From the NCBI RefSeq assembly GCF_001194135.2, contig NC_068985.1:125306254-125349806 (forward strand): a DNA stretch of 43,553 nucleotides, written 5' to 3'. Positions 1 through 11,812 of the stretch are shown here, in pieces. The notes under the pieces were generated by a model. It was given only the letters and a program-made list of their open reading frames with translations. It did no database searches and was not told the DNA's origin. Source of the DNA: Octopus bimaculoides (Eukaryota). A program made the position numbers and the translations under genes. Every line of letters begins with the position of its first letter. Positions within the stretch are counted from its first letter, which is position 1.

Positions 1-15
1 TATATATATATATAT

Positions 16-71
<56 letters not shown>

Positions 72-447
72 CATAGAGAACGACATACCCCTGAAAAAAC
101 CACATCATCCATTTGATTTTCTCTAGATATATAGGTAACGTCATGGAGTTACACGAATGCATTTATTGTCTATCAACATCATATAAATAGAAATAACCTC
201 GCTAGAAACATGCTAGAAAAATCCAATAAACATTTATAATAACATAGTTAACTCATTCTCATCCTTACCAAACTATGCAGTTTAAAATTCCTTAATAGAA
301 ATCTAATAACTTAACAAATCATTCAACTTTGGTCTGATCTCTGCTGTGTGACAAAGAAATTTATCTACATTTTTTTAGGGAACTTTAAAACAAAGAAACA
401 GCAACTTCTTATACAAAGAATATCGTAACTTGAATGTCACATACCTA

Positions 448-1697
448 CGAGAGTTGACTACAAATTTTATAAGCTGACCAAGTTTGTCTCATGGAATGTG
501 ACCAATTGATGTTTATTTTTAAGCATAGTCCCCGTTGCGTTCCATACACTTCTTCCATCGGTGCTGCACTGCCTGGATCTTGTTAGTAAAAAAAAACTTT
601 CTTCCTGTTGATCAAAGACCGTCAACAGCAGATATGACATCATCATCACTGTAATATTGATTCCAGCCAAGTGTTCTTTTTTTTTCATATTAGAGAAGAT
701 ATTAGTCAGATAAGGTCAAATCAAGAGAATAGGGATGGCGATCAACCAGTTCAAAGCCACACTCAGCACAGCAACCATTGAAAGCATGGACTTGTGTGCT
801 GGAGCATTGCCCTGATGAAACAAGGCCCCTTTTGTCAATTTCCCAGGTCGTTTGGTCTTGATAGCCATTTGCAACAGCCCCAGCAAGTGATGGGCGATCC
901 CTTTGAAGATAGTCAATAAACATAATTTTTTTTTGTATCTCAAAAGAATGAGACCATCACCTTCCCTGCAGATGAAACAAGCTTGGCATTCTTTGGAGCA
1001 AGTGTAGAAGGGTGTTTCCACTGCATGGATTGTCTCGTTGTCTCAAAGTGATGACGCGAACATTCATCCTGGCTTAGGAAACTTTCAAGGGAAGCAGCTG
1101 GATCAGCCGCAAGCGATGCCAGATTTTCTCGTGATGTGGTCAGCCTGGTGCGCTTTTGATCGAGTGCCAGAAGATGTGGCGCACAACGAGCAAAAACCTT
1201 CGTCATGTCAAGTTCATTATGGAGAATATTTTCAACTCCCTCTATTAGCATTGGCTATTTGATGTATAGTCAGTCACCCGTCATCCATCACCATGTAGTG
1301 AACACAGTCAACGTTTTCCTCGGTGGTGGGAGTTGCAGGACGTCCTGACTTTCAAGACTCTCCCTTCCCATGCTCAATTCAGTTGCCCACAACTGTACTG
1401 TTGATAAAGCAATGAGCGTCATCACTTAATGTAGCAACTATGTCAGCATGAACGTTGTTGGGAGATAAACCTTTTTTCTGCTTGTCCTTGATACCACCAC
1501 AATGCCAAGTCTTTTATCCGTCTCAAGAGGGGTCGCAACAAGTTACTTTTGAAGTCTTCATTGAACAGTCAGATGTCAGTTTGTTTGGAAAGAAAACATG
1601 CAGTTATTTAGAAGAGTTGAAAATAATGCAAGCAAGATTTCATAGAACTATCATTAATCCTTCATAGGCAGGCTATCAACTTTTAAGCCGACCCTTG
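448..1697 (-). mobile_element. Full-length (about 1.25 kb) decayed mariner DNA transposon, irritans (Himar1/Hsmar2)-like
   Basis: TA at 446-447 and 1698-1699. Degenerate TIRs: left cgagagttgactacaaattttataagctgacc vs right (rc) caagggtcggcttaaaagttgatagcctgcc. Transposase remnants lie between them on the minus strand. Confidence 0.9.
508..1521 (-). pseudogene. mariner transposase pseudogene (frameshifts and stops)
   Basis: Track ORFs give ENILHNELDMTKVFARCAPHLL (decayed WVPRLL region), SQDEC (first catalytic D), SSAGKVMVSFF, FHQGNAPAHKS (QDNAP), FELVDRHPYSLDLTLSD (YSPDLAPSD). The start region reads ACG GAT AAA in rc at 1521. Confidence 0.9.
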
Positions 1698-2329
1698 TAA
1701 ATTTGACACATGTTTATAAAGTTAATTCCCAAATTGACTGAACACAAAACTATAAAAAGATTCCTAAATCAAACCCAAATAAATCATTTCACCATAACCT
1801 ATCGACCAAAAATTTACAAGCATACTTTCTTCCTATCCTCCTTTATCTACCTTACTACACAACCACTTCTTTGACCTACTTACATCACATGTAATTATCC
1901 TTTCATATAGCTCCGTCTACCTATTTAATTATGCCGGCTACCGTCTAATGATATTGACTAGCTAGATTGGCCTTCATACTGGCAAGAAGGGAAAAATATC
2001 CCTCAGTGATTCATCCAATAATGCAGTATCGCTTGATGAAATGAATCAATGATGATCATCAACCGGCTGCACACGGATAATACGGACTATGCTGTATTAA
2101 TCCCAAGGATACCGATTCTGATGTCAAAATCATGTGATTTGTGGAAACGCGTGTAGCAATGTATTAAATATTTACAAATTCCATCATAGAATTATTGATA
2201 TTATATTCTTTTATTCTTTTACTGCGACTATAGTAGAGCGACGCCTTTATATATATGGGGCAGCTGGTGATGGAAGTATGTTGGATTGTTGGTATGGCTG
2301 TTTCTGTATATGTAGAATAGTGTTATAAC

Positions 2330-2530
2330 ACATCCTATTGATTGCGTCCTGCCCGAAGCTCGTCGAAACGCCGGTGTTAAAACGTGGGTAGCTGATGAAG
2401 TAGAATGTTCTCTATGTGGCTCGTGTGTTCTCGTCTACGTTTGTTTGCAATGTCCTGTACCCAGATATGCACCTATACATACAGGTGGATGTCGGTATGC
2501 ACATACCTGTACGTATATATGCATATACTC
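2330..2530 (+). repeat. Unclassified interspersed repeat, copy 1 (homologous to 11462-11675 on the minus strand)
   Basis: Exact shared 20-mer gtcctgtacccagatatgca (2452-2471; rc at 11514-11533), plus cgaaacgc...gctgatgaag...ttctctatgtg in the same order. Confidence 0.75.
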
Positions 2531-2593
2531 ATTTACTTTTGTTTTTACATGATTGAACGCAGCGTCTCACAAAAATTGTAAGTNNNNNNNNNN

Positions 2594-2632
<39 letters not shown>

Positions 2633-2981
2633 CACATACACACATACATACACACACTCACTTATATATATGTGTGTGTGTCGGTGTTTGTTTTCTTGCA
2701 ACTTTTTTTTTATGCATGCATATGTTTTCTCAGCATCCTCGGAAATAACCTGCAGGAAGGAAACGACGTAGATGTTTACTTATCTCCGTCGCAATCACAA
2801 AGCAAAAGCATTACAAAACAAAATAAGAAAAGGAAAATAATTAAAAGCAAAAGAAAAGAAGAGAAACACAATTAAGTGTTAGCAGTAACTATAATTACTT
2901 CGGTTTATCACAGATTATATAAGATTTCTTATCTAATGGAGTGGAAGACGAAGAGAGAATGAGAGAGAATAAAAGAGAGAG

Positions 2982-3012
<31 letters not shown>

Positions 3013-3159
3013 AGGAGAGAAAGAGAGAGAGAAAACGTCTGGACGAATGTATGCGTAGGTGCATACAACCTAAATAGCGGCCATCTTTAACAGATATCGG
3101 AGGATTAAATTTCGCCTTTTCCTGTCCGGAGCTTATGATAGACTTAGATTAAAATATAT

Positions 3160-3385
3160 CCAAGCAAGCAGATTCGTTAAAGCGTCGTCGTTAAAATTGC
3201 TTGGCGGCATTCGTTAATCGGGTCTTTAAGTTCGGAATTCAAATCGCGCCGAGGTCAATTTAGTCTTTCACCCTTTCAGGGTCGATGAAATAAAGTATCG
3301 GTAAAATACTTAGGTGAGTTGTATCGTCTACTGCCCACCTCCTTCAAAATTGTTGGCTTTGTGCCAAAATTTCAAAAGCATCATT
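3160..3385 (+). mobile_element. tRNA-headed SINE, family A (decayed)
   Basis: Colinear with 12468-12688: gttc..aaat..cgccgaggtc...ctttca.cctttc.gggtcgat.aaat...tggc.ttgtgccaaaattt. Confidence 0.8.
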
Positions 3386-3810
3386 AATGTTGAATTCGTA
3401 TTCAGATCTAGCACTGTTGTGAGTGGTTGTTTACTTTGTTTGTTTGTTTGTTTGTTTGTTTGTTTCTTTCTTTCTTTTCTCCTTTCCTTTCATTTTTCTT
3501 TCTTTTGTTTTTCTTCATTTTTTTTTAGATAAATTAATTTCTTTTAAAAATGTGGTAAATCATTCTTCGAAGGAATTTTCACACACACGCACACTCACAC
3601 GCACACGCACGCAGGCACACGCGCACGCACCCCCCACCCCCCTCACGCACACAGACACTGCAAGTTCTTCACCCTTTATTTTCAAATGTGTATTCATTAT
3701 GTTTGCCTGATGAAGTTTTGTCAAAATGTGAAGAAAAGAGCTAATAAGTCTAGTCTTTATAAATATTTATTTAGTTGAATTATACACAAGTACTTCGGTG
3801 TAATTAGTAT

Positions 3811-4197
3811 AGGAGTGGCTACGTCGTAAGAAGCTTGCTCCGTAACCACATGGTTCCCTGTTCAGTCCTACTACATGGCACCTTGGGCAAGTGTCTTCTA
3901 CTAGAGCCTGGGGCCGGTCAAAGTCTTGTGAATGGATTTGGTAGACGGAAACTGAAAGAAGCCCGTTGTATATATATATATATATATGTTTGTCTGTCTG
4001 TTTGTCCTGCACCATTGCTTGACAACCGATGTTGGTGTGTTTATGTTCCCGTAACTAAGCGGTTCGGCAAAAGAGACCGATAGAATAAGTACTAGGCTTA
4101 CAAAGAATAAGTCCTGGGGTCGATTTGTTTGACTAAAGGCGGTGCTCCAGCATGGCCGCAGTCAAATGACTGAAACAAATGAAAGAATGAAAGAATA
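3811..4197 (+). mobile_element. tRNA-headed SINE, family B, complete, with internal (TA)n
   Basis: Pol III-like head, then ccttgggcaagtgtcttctac...ggtagacggaaactgaaagaagccc, (TA)n, and a 3' half ending aataagtcctggggtcgattt...aatgactgaaacaa. The 3' half also occurs at 43119-43310. Confidence 0.85.
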
Positions 4198-4494
4198 TAT
4201 ATACTTCGTTTTTCTATCTTTATATTTAGTTTGCAAGATTCTTTATGTGAATTCGTGTGTTGAAACAAATTTTGTTGTTTCTAGGGAGAGTCATTATGCC
4301 AATATAATTAACACTGGTTCAATTTCACTCCTTTATTATTAGTCAGTTTGTTAAATAGCCAGTTAACTAATTGATTGTTTAATTTTTGATTTGTCTTTGT
4401 TTGTGAAAGCTGTTCCGTTGCTACTGGCAACCTTTTCAATGACTATTGACTTAGTCTGTTATAAAGACCGCGTTTGTCTGCCTGAGATCTTGTT

Positions 4495-4840
4495 GCGTGC
4501 GTGTGCGTACGTGCGCATATGCTTGTGTATGTACGTATGCATGTATTCTGCGTATTCATATGTCTGTGCGTATTTGCACGCTTATGTGTTTCTGTATATA
4601 TGCGTGTAGGTATGCGTGTGTTTGTAGTTGTGTGTGTATTTATGTGTGTACCTCTGCTTCTTTGCGCGTGCGTGTTTGAGTGTGCCTATGCGTATGTGTT
4701 TGTGTGAGCATGTACGTGCGCCAGTTGTGTATGCATGTGTGCCTGTATGTGTGTCTGTGTGTGTGTGGAGTGTGTGTATATATGGTCATGTGTTTCTGTG
4801 TATGTGTGTATGTCTGTGTGTGTATGCTTGTCTGTCTGTA
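4495..4840. repeat. Degenerate (GT)/(GTAT) simple-repeat tract
   Basis: Alternating purine-pyrimidine tract visible directly; source of several Cys/Val pseudo-ORFs. Confidence 0.9.
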
Positions 4841-4894
4841 CTACTTACGTAGCTATTTACCTACGTAGCTATCTACCTGCGTATCTATCTATCT

Positions 4895-5169
4895 CTGCAA
4901 CAACTTTGCCGTCCCGGGTCGACCTTGAGCGGCTGCATCACAACGAAGTCATTCTATAGGGGATTAGTGGAGGGCAGGTACGACGACGATCTCGGGGCGA
5001 ACCTGGGCGTCGACGAGGAATACCTGACCCGCCTGTTCAGGACGACTTTCGGGCCGGGACCTATGGACAACTTCCAGAGATCCCTGGCCTGGCAGTGTTA
5101 CCGAGAGGCGCTACCCGTTCGGGATAAGCTCTATAGACACGGCTCGCGAAATGCGGGGCCGACCTGTCC
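4895..5169 (+). CDS. Open fragment of retrotransposon ORF2 C-terminal zinc-binding (zf-RVT-like) region
   Basis: Stop-free translation LQQLCRPGSTLSGCITTKSFYRGLVEGRYDDDLGANLGVDEEYLTRLFRTTFGPGPMDNFQRSLAWQCYREALPVRDKLYRHGSRNAGPTC. The W-x6-LP-x4-L-x-R/H-G-x7-C pattern fits the zf-RVT domain of L1/Tx1 ORF2. Cut by the gap. Confidence 0.75.
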
Positions 5170-6083
5170 NNNNNNNNNNNNNNNNNNNNNNNNNNNNNNN
5201 NNNNNNNNNNNNNNNNNNNNNNNNNNNNNNNNNNNNNNNNNNNNNNNNNNNNNNNNNNNNNNNNNNNNNNNNNNNNNNNNNNNNNNNNNNNNNNNNNNNN
5301 NNNNNNNNNNNNNNNNNNNNNNNNNNNNNNNNNNNNNNNNNNNNNNNNNNNNNNNNNNNNNNNNNNNNNNNNNNNNNNNNNNNNNNNNNNNNNNNNNNNN
5401 NNNNNNNNNNNNNNNNNNNNNNNNNNNNNNNNNNNNNNNNNNNNNNNNNNNNNNNNNNNNNNNNNNNNNNNNNNNNNNNNNNNNNNNNNNNNNNNNNNNN
5501 NNNNNNNNNNNNNNNNNNNNNNNNNNNNNNNNNNNNNNNNNNNNNNNNNNNNNNNNNNNNNNNNNNNNNNNNNNNNNNNNNNNNNNNNNNNNNNNNNNNN
5601 NNNNNNNNNNNNNNNNNNNNNNNNNNNNNNNNNNNNNNNNNNNNNNNNNNNNNNNNNNNNNNNNNNNNNNNNNNNNNNNNNNNNNNNNNNNNNNNNNNNN
5701 NNNNNNNNNNNNNNNNNNNNNNNNNNNNNNNNNNNNNNNNNNNNNNNNNNNNNNNNNNNNNNNNNNNNTGTAAACAGAGAGTTACTCACGTTTCTTGCTT
5801 AAATAAAAGAAATTTTATTTAACAAACTGTGACGCTAAAGACCGAGGTTACCGTGGTCTTTTCGTAGGTTTTTCTTTCCACGGATAACCTCCCCATTTAT
5901 TGGGAATTTTTTGTATTATTTCGTATTTTTTGTAAATACCCCAAACGTTTTGCGATGTTTTTTTTTCATCGTTGTCCCCACTTTTGTTTTTTTTCTGCTT
6001 TGTTTTCGACCCCCTCGAAAAGAAAAACTCTACATTTGTATTTTGTCCCCTCTGTGTTGAGCCCTGTGTGGCTAATAAAGAAA
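4895..6083 (+). mobile_element. 5'-truncated L1/Tx1-clade non-LTR retrotransposon (ORF2 C-terminus, gap, 3' UTR, AATAAA), flanked by (ATCT)n
   Basis: Abrupt GC-rich coding segment 4895-5169, N gap 5170-5767, T-rich UTR-like DNA, AATAAA at 6074-6079, then (ATCT)n. The terminal ~65 bp recurs at 15188-15253. Linkage across the gap is inferred. Confidence 0.7.
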
Positions 6084-6804
6084 TCTATCTATCTATCTAT
6101 CTATCTATCTCCTTACCCACTTATCTACCTACTTCCCTACTTATCTGCCTTCTTATCTACCAATTAGTTTGCTTATCTTCCCACCTATCTACCTACCTTC
6201 ATAATTAAGTAACTAACAATCTATATAACCTAACCACCTAAAATCTGCCTACCTACCTATCTACCTACTATGGAATGTAGCTATGTATGGATACTCTGTG
6301 GGTAGTATCTGTGGCATTGGGGTATCGCTACGTGTATTCCCAAACGCTTGATGGTTTGGATAAATCCAGCTGTCAGCATATATATTTTTACCATAAAAAG
6401 TTATCGCTGATTTAGCGAAATGCTAATGTGTATATTAGAAATGAATATAAACAGATAGGCGCAATATAATACCACTAAGCGAAAGTTTTATCGTTACTAA
6501 TTGTGACAGTGGGCGCCGAAGAATCTATATTGCAAGAAATAAAAGTCAAAATCTCAATGGTGTTAGAATCACGCAAAACACTACTGGCGAGCCTACGACT
6601 GATACGCAAAACTAGTCTAGTCTACTTACCTCCCCTGTGTGTACATGCGCGCGCGCGAATATGTTTTGCAGATATCAGGCAATACCTGCAAAGTAATTTT
6701 TATATGATAATTATAGTGTAAAAATGTTCACAAATATTTTCAAAGTATCTCAAAGATAAAATTTGTATTCAGTTATTTCCAATGAAAATAATAGAATAGA
6801 CGCG

Positions 6805-6864
6805 GTAGAGAGAGAGAGAGGAGGCAGAGGGAGAGAGAGAGGGGGGGAGAGAAAGAGAGAGAGG

Positions 6865-6895
<31 letters not shown>

Positions 6896-6945
6896 AGAGA
6901 GAGAGAGACAGACAGACGGACAGACAGAAGGACAGACAGAGACAA
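6805..6945. repeat. (GA)n/(GACA)n polypurine tract
   Basis: Seen directly. Confidence 0.95.
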
Positions 6946-7789
6946 AGACAGCTGTTGCAATGAATGAAAATTATCTCTGTGGTTGAAGTGTGCGCTTGAA
7001 TGTTCGATACCAAATGAAATTTTGAAACCTCATATTGATAAGAATATATCAAAACTAAAATTCATGACCATATCCTACACATTTTAGATTGTAATAAATG
7101 CTTCCATCTAATAAAACTCCAATTAATTAAAAATCAGCTTTCGTCATTAAAGTAGAGATACGTTACGGACGGCGAACTGGGACAATTGTTAGAGCAACAG
7201 AAACAAATGTAGTCCTATTTTTATTTTTGTTCTTCGGTTTAATTACTTTTCGGTTTAACGAAGTTATAAAATTATCCACACACACACACACACACGCACA
7301 CCCACACACCCACACATATATATATATATACATATATATATGTATATATATACATATATNNNNNNNNNNNNNNNNNNNNNNNNNNNNNNNNNNNNNNNNN
7401 NNNNNNNNNNNNNNNNNNNNNNNNNNNNNNNNNNNNNNNNNNNNNNNNNNNNNNNNNNNNNNNNNNNNNNNNNNNNNNNNNNNNNNNNNNNNNNNNNNNN
7501 NNNNNNNNNNNNNNNNNNNNNNNNNNNNNNNNNNNNNNNNNNNNNNNNNNNNNNNNNNNNNNNNNNNNNNNNNNNNNNNNNNNNNNNNNNNNNNNNNNNN
7601 NNNNNNNNNNNNNNNNNNNNNNNNNNNNNNNNNNNNNNNNNNNNNNNNNNNNNNNNNNNNNNNNNNNNNNNNNNNNNNNNNNNNNNNNNNNNNNNNNNNN
7701 NNNNNNNNNNNNNNNNNNNNNNNNNNNNNNNNNNNNNNNNNNNNNNNNNNNNNNNNNNNNNNNNNNNNNNNNNNNNNNNNNNNNNNNNN

Positions 7790-7843
<54 letters not shown>

Positions 7844-8662
7844 TTGCAGCAACAATAGCATTCTATAATAAAGTATTATTTCCTCTTTTTCAATTTCTCC
7901 ATTTCATTGTACTTCAACTAACCCAAACATCTACACACACGCACACACACAAAGATATACTCATCCACCCACTCAATTATATACAGTCATTGACAGTAAC
8001 CTCCATTACATATTCATACATACTCTTATAACCACTCCCCTCCACACACGCACAAATTCCCTTATACCTGTATTCAAATAGCCACACCTGTTCGGGATTC
8101 ATCTCTTCCTCCTTTCCCATGCCCTTCCCACTATTTTATTTTTCACATATACCATATAGTCATATTACCTCCACCCTTTATTCCCTCCATCCGGCAATCT
8201 ACCCAAAATTGAACTATGACCTTAGATTCAACAGTTAGTAGTTATTGATAACTGGTTAATCGAAAAAATACATTTTTAATAGAAACTATTTGCTATTTTA
8301 CCAGTTAACTATTTGGTTACTTACTGCCAAACCTTTTAAATACTACACGAACTCACGCACACGCATTCACCGGCAAACATGTACGCAGGCAGGCAGGCAG
8401 GCAGGCAGGNNNNNNNNNNNNNCACACACACATACCGCACTTATCTATTGTCTCATTTCTCACCGTCCTCTCACAAACAATCCAACTTTCACACCAATAC
8501 AAAGACGCATACATTAACCACACAAATAATGACAGTTATTTTACTAAATTCTTCATAATTTTCAAAATTTATTGAACAAAAGGCAGTGTATTTCAACAGA
8601 AATATGATAAAAAAAAGTTGGGGTGTTAGAATACTTTTAATCAATTTTGAAGAAACTAAAAT

Positions 8663-8850
8663 AATCCTTTCTACATCAGGCACAAGGCCTGAACTTTTGG
8701 GGAGGGTAATGGTCGATTACATCGATCCCAGTACTCAAATGGCACTTATTTTATCGACTCCGAAAGGATGAAAGGCAAAGTTACCCTTAGCGGGATATGA
8801 ACTTAGAACGTAAAAACGGGCGAAAAGCTGTTAAGCATTTTGTCTGGACA
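8663..8850 (-). mobile_element. SINE family A (5'-eroded)
   Basis: aggcacaaggcctga...gtcgattacatcgatcccagt...cttattttatcgactccgaaaggatgaaaggcaaagt is the rc of the family A body. Confidence 0.8.
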
Positions 8851-8948
8851 ACGAAACTAAAATAATGCAAATCATTTTATCGCATGATTTTACAGTTCTA
8901 CCGATCTACAGACCCTGGGGTAGCTTATGATGACGATGGTGATTGTGG

Positions 8949-9282
8949 TGACACTCCGTTGATGAAACGACGATGAGGTTTCAGTTGCTCGATCAACTGA
9001 ATTACCAGCCCCTTGAATACATGCGTAAGTAACTGAGCATTCCACAGACCTGTGTACCCTTAATGTAATTCTCACGCAGAATTAGCAAGCATAACACAAC
9101 GTGTGACAAGGTCGTACTTTTGAATCACAGATAGAATCCACCTGATGGGCTTCTATAAAGATTCTTGTCTAACCCATTTCATTTGTAGAGAGAGTACTAA
9201 AAATATATTTCTCCAATGGATTCGAGCCAGAGACTTCGTGGTTGCAAAATGAATCTTTTTAACAATTCGGCCATGCGGCGCC
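8949..9282 (-). mobile_element. tRNA-headed SINE variant D (tail shared with family C, different head and middle)
   Basis: gacactccgtt...cgacgatgaggtttcagttgctcgatcaac...ctgagcattccacagac.tgtgtaccctt matches the tail of 11813-12189. The rc head ggcgccgcatggccgaattgtt...ggctcgaatcc is tRNA-like. Confidence 0.7.
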
Positions 9283-9794
9283 CATGGTGAAGCTAATAAC
9301 AAGCGGGAAAAACAGACATACACAAATGGAAATACATGCATTAGTGCCAGCTCATTTGCTTATATTCCTTATTAATTTTTGGCCCTGTGCCAATGTAAGA
9401 AACTGGAATTATTAGCACCATCGCGTCACCTTAGATTAATTTTTTTTCTTTTCACTCATGCCACATTCCTGAAATAATGCAAAGTAGCAGCCCTTCATCT
9501 TTTCTCACACACAGACACTGCTTTCCACCGTCTTGCTACTTTTATAATTATAAGCATTATAACGCTACTAACGATGTAGATTTTCAATTTGACCGTCCGT
9601 GCTACATTCCTACCTTGAATTCCCATCAGGCTCTTTATGTTTTTCTCGTCTTCTTATTTATCTTGACCTCATCCAGCATTCAATTTGGCACTGGCATGTC
9701 GTAAGTTTATTGGGTGAAGCGTGTATACATACATACATACATACATACATACATACATACATTCACACACACATACATTCATACATACATACTT

Positions 9795-9834
<40 letters not shown>

Positions 9835-10084
9835 NNNNNNNNNNNNNNNNNNNNNNNNNNNNNNNNNNNNNNNNNNNNNNNNNNNNNNNNNNNNNNNNNN
9901 NNNNNNNNNNNNNNNNNNNNNNNNNNNNNNNNNNNNNNNNNNNNNNNNNNNNNNNNNNNNNNNNNNNNNNNNNNNNNNNNNNNNNNNNNNNNNNNNNNNN
10001 NNNNNNNNNNNNNNNNNNNNNNNNNNNNNNNNNNNNNNNNNNNNNNNNNNNNNNNNNNNNNNNNNNNATATATGTATATATATT

Positions 10085-10122
<38 letters not shown>

Positions 10123-10924
10123 CATACATATATATACATATATATATAAAGTCAGACAGTCAGTCATTGAAGGAGGTCAGTAGCAGTAGAGGCGTTGTAC
10201 GAATTCTCAGTTGGCCTCAGTGCCACATATACGAGTTCGAGTTACCGTCAAGGTAGATGTTTCAAAGCCATTGTCTTGCGGAGCCATCAACGATAGCAGG
10301 ATTGACGAGTCAAAGATAACAAGACGCAGAATACCGCCACAACATAATAATGGTGACAAGAATATTACAGTGCCAACAACAGCAACAACATACAAGTGGA
10401 CGAGGATCCACATTATAACAATATATATATAGACTCTTCATAATATGTGTGTTGTTGTTGTTGTTACTTCGTGTCAGATTTGGTCATAGATTTATGATAA
10501 AAACCATTCTTGCCACGACTATCACTTCTTTCCATACAATATCCTCCAAAATATCGTCTCAGTTTTAAAGACAGCAGTGTGTGTGATTTGAAAGATATTC
10601 GTCTTCTGTTTCAAGCAAGTCCAGCGACTGCCGAGAGGTGGCCAGTGTTGTTTTTAATCACCGTCTCTGCTCTCTATTCTTCTTCTTCTTCTTCTTCTTC
10701 TTCTCTATCTGTCACACACGTACGCACAGACACACACAAACGTTATTTGTGTTACACTTTATTTCAACTACTTTCTACAATCTATTATTTATGTAGGTGA
10801 TATTTCGACATAAACTATCCGATTCTTTGCTTGAAAATTATTATATCGCCTCAGATGCTCTACGGACTTTGTTCTGTCAATAAAATTCTTGCTTAGTCAT
10901 CTTACCGTTGTACGAAGAATGTTA

Positions 10925-11156
10925 AGAAGAGGAAGATGATTAAAAAGAAGACTAACAACAAGATGAAGATAACGAAGAAGGAGGTGGAGGAAGAGAAAAA
11001 GAAGAGGGTAAATAACAAAAGAACAAGTGGTAGTAGTAGTAGTAGTAGTAAAGAAGGAGGAGCAGAAGAAGGAGAAGAAGAAGGAGAAGAAGGATAATAA
11101 TAATAATGATAATAATAATACTAATAATAATAATAATTATTATTATTATTATTATG

Positions 11157-11193
<37 letters not shown>

Positions 11194-11197
11194 AAAA

Positions 11198-11247
<50 letters not shown>

Positions 11248-11262
11248 GAAGAAGAAGAACAA
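10925..11262. repeat. Compound trinucleotide tract (GAA/GGA/GTA then AAT/ATT/AAT/GAA)
   Basis: Seen directly; explains the poly-N/I/Y pseudo-ORFs. Confidence 0.95.
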
Positions 11263-11461
11263 GCTATGTTGATATTATCCGAACTGTAAGGTATTTCACG
11301 CATTCTGTTTAAACATTCTGGTCAGTCACTAAAACAGAGCCACGGCAATATATTAAGTACAAACCAAAAGTTATGAGGACAGTTTGTTTCACCATTTACT
11401 GTCAACGTTGAAATGAAGCTGACAAAGCTCGCTTTCTTCAAGCTGGCCTACTAAATCATGA

Positions 11462-11675
11462 TGCATATATACATACATGTATGTACATACCTACATCTAC
11501 ATGTATATATAGATGCATATCTGGGTACAGGACGTCACAAAAAAACCGGGAAAAAAATGAAAAAAAAAAAACATAAACAGAGCACAGAAAACAAACAGGT
11601 CACATAGAGAATATTTCCTTCATCAGCTGCCCCTATTCTAAACTAAGCGTTTCGAAGAGTTAGGACAGGGAATAC
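11462..11675 (-). repeat. Unclassified interspersed repeat, copy 2
   Basis: rc homology to 2330-2530 (see that entry). Confidence 0.75.
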
Positions 11676-11687
11676 ACACATATGTAC

Positions 11688-11768
<81 letters not shown>

Positions 11769-11812
11769 CATACATACATACATACATACATACATACATA
11801 CACATATATATG

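Noticed and set aside
2362-2400. Type II hammerhead fold (GAAAC...CTGATGA)
   Set aside because: No stem I can be formed in either copy; kept only as a weak lead in the findings.
3700-3735. cctgatgaagttttgtcaaaatgt as another hammerhead
   Set aside because: No GAAAC, stem II or cleavage triplet; CTGATGA alone is expected by chance.
6515-6535. gtgggcgccgaag resembling a tRNA-Lys primer-binding site
   Set aside because: Poor match to TGGCGCCCGAACAGGGAC, and no LTR or gag/pol sequence nearby.
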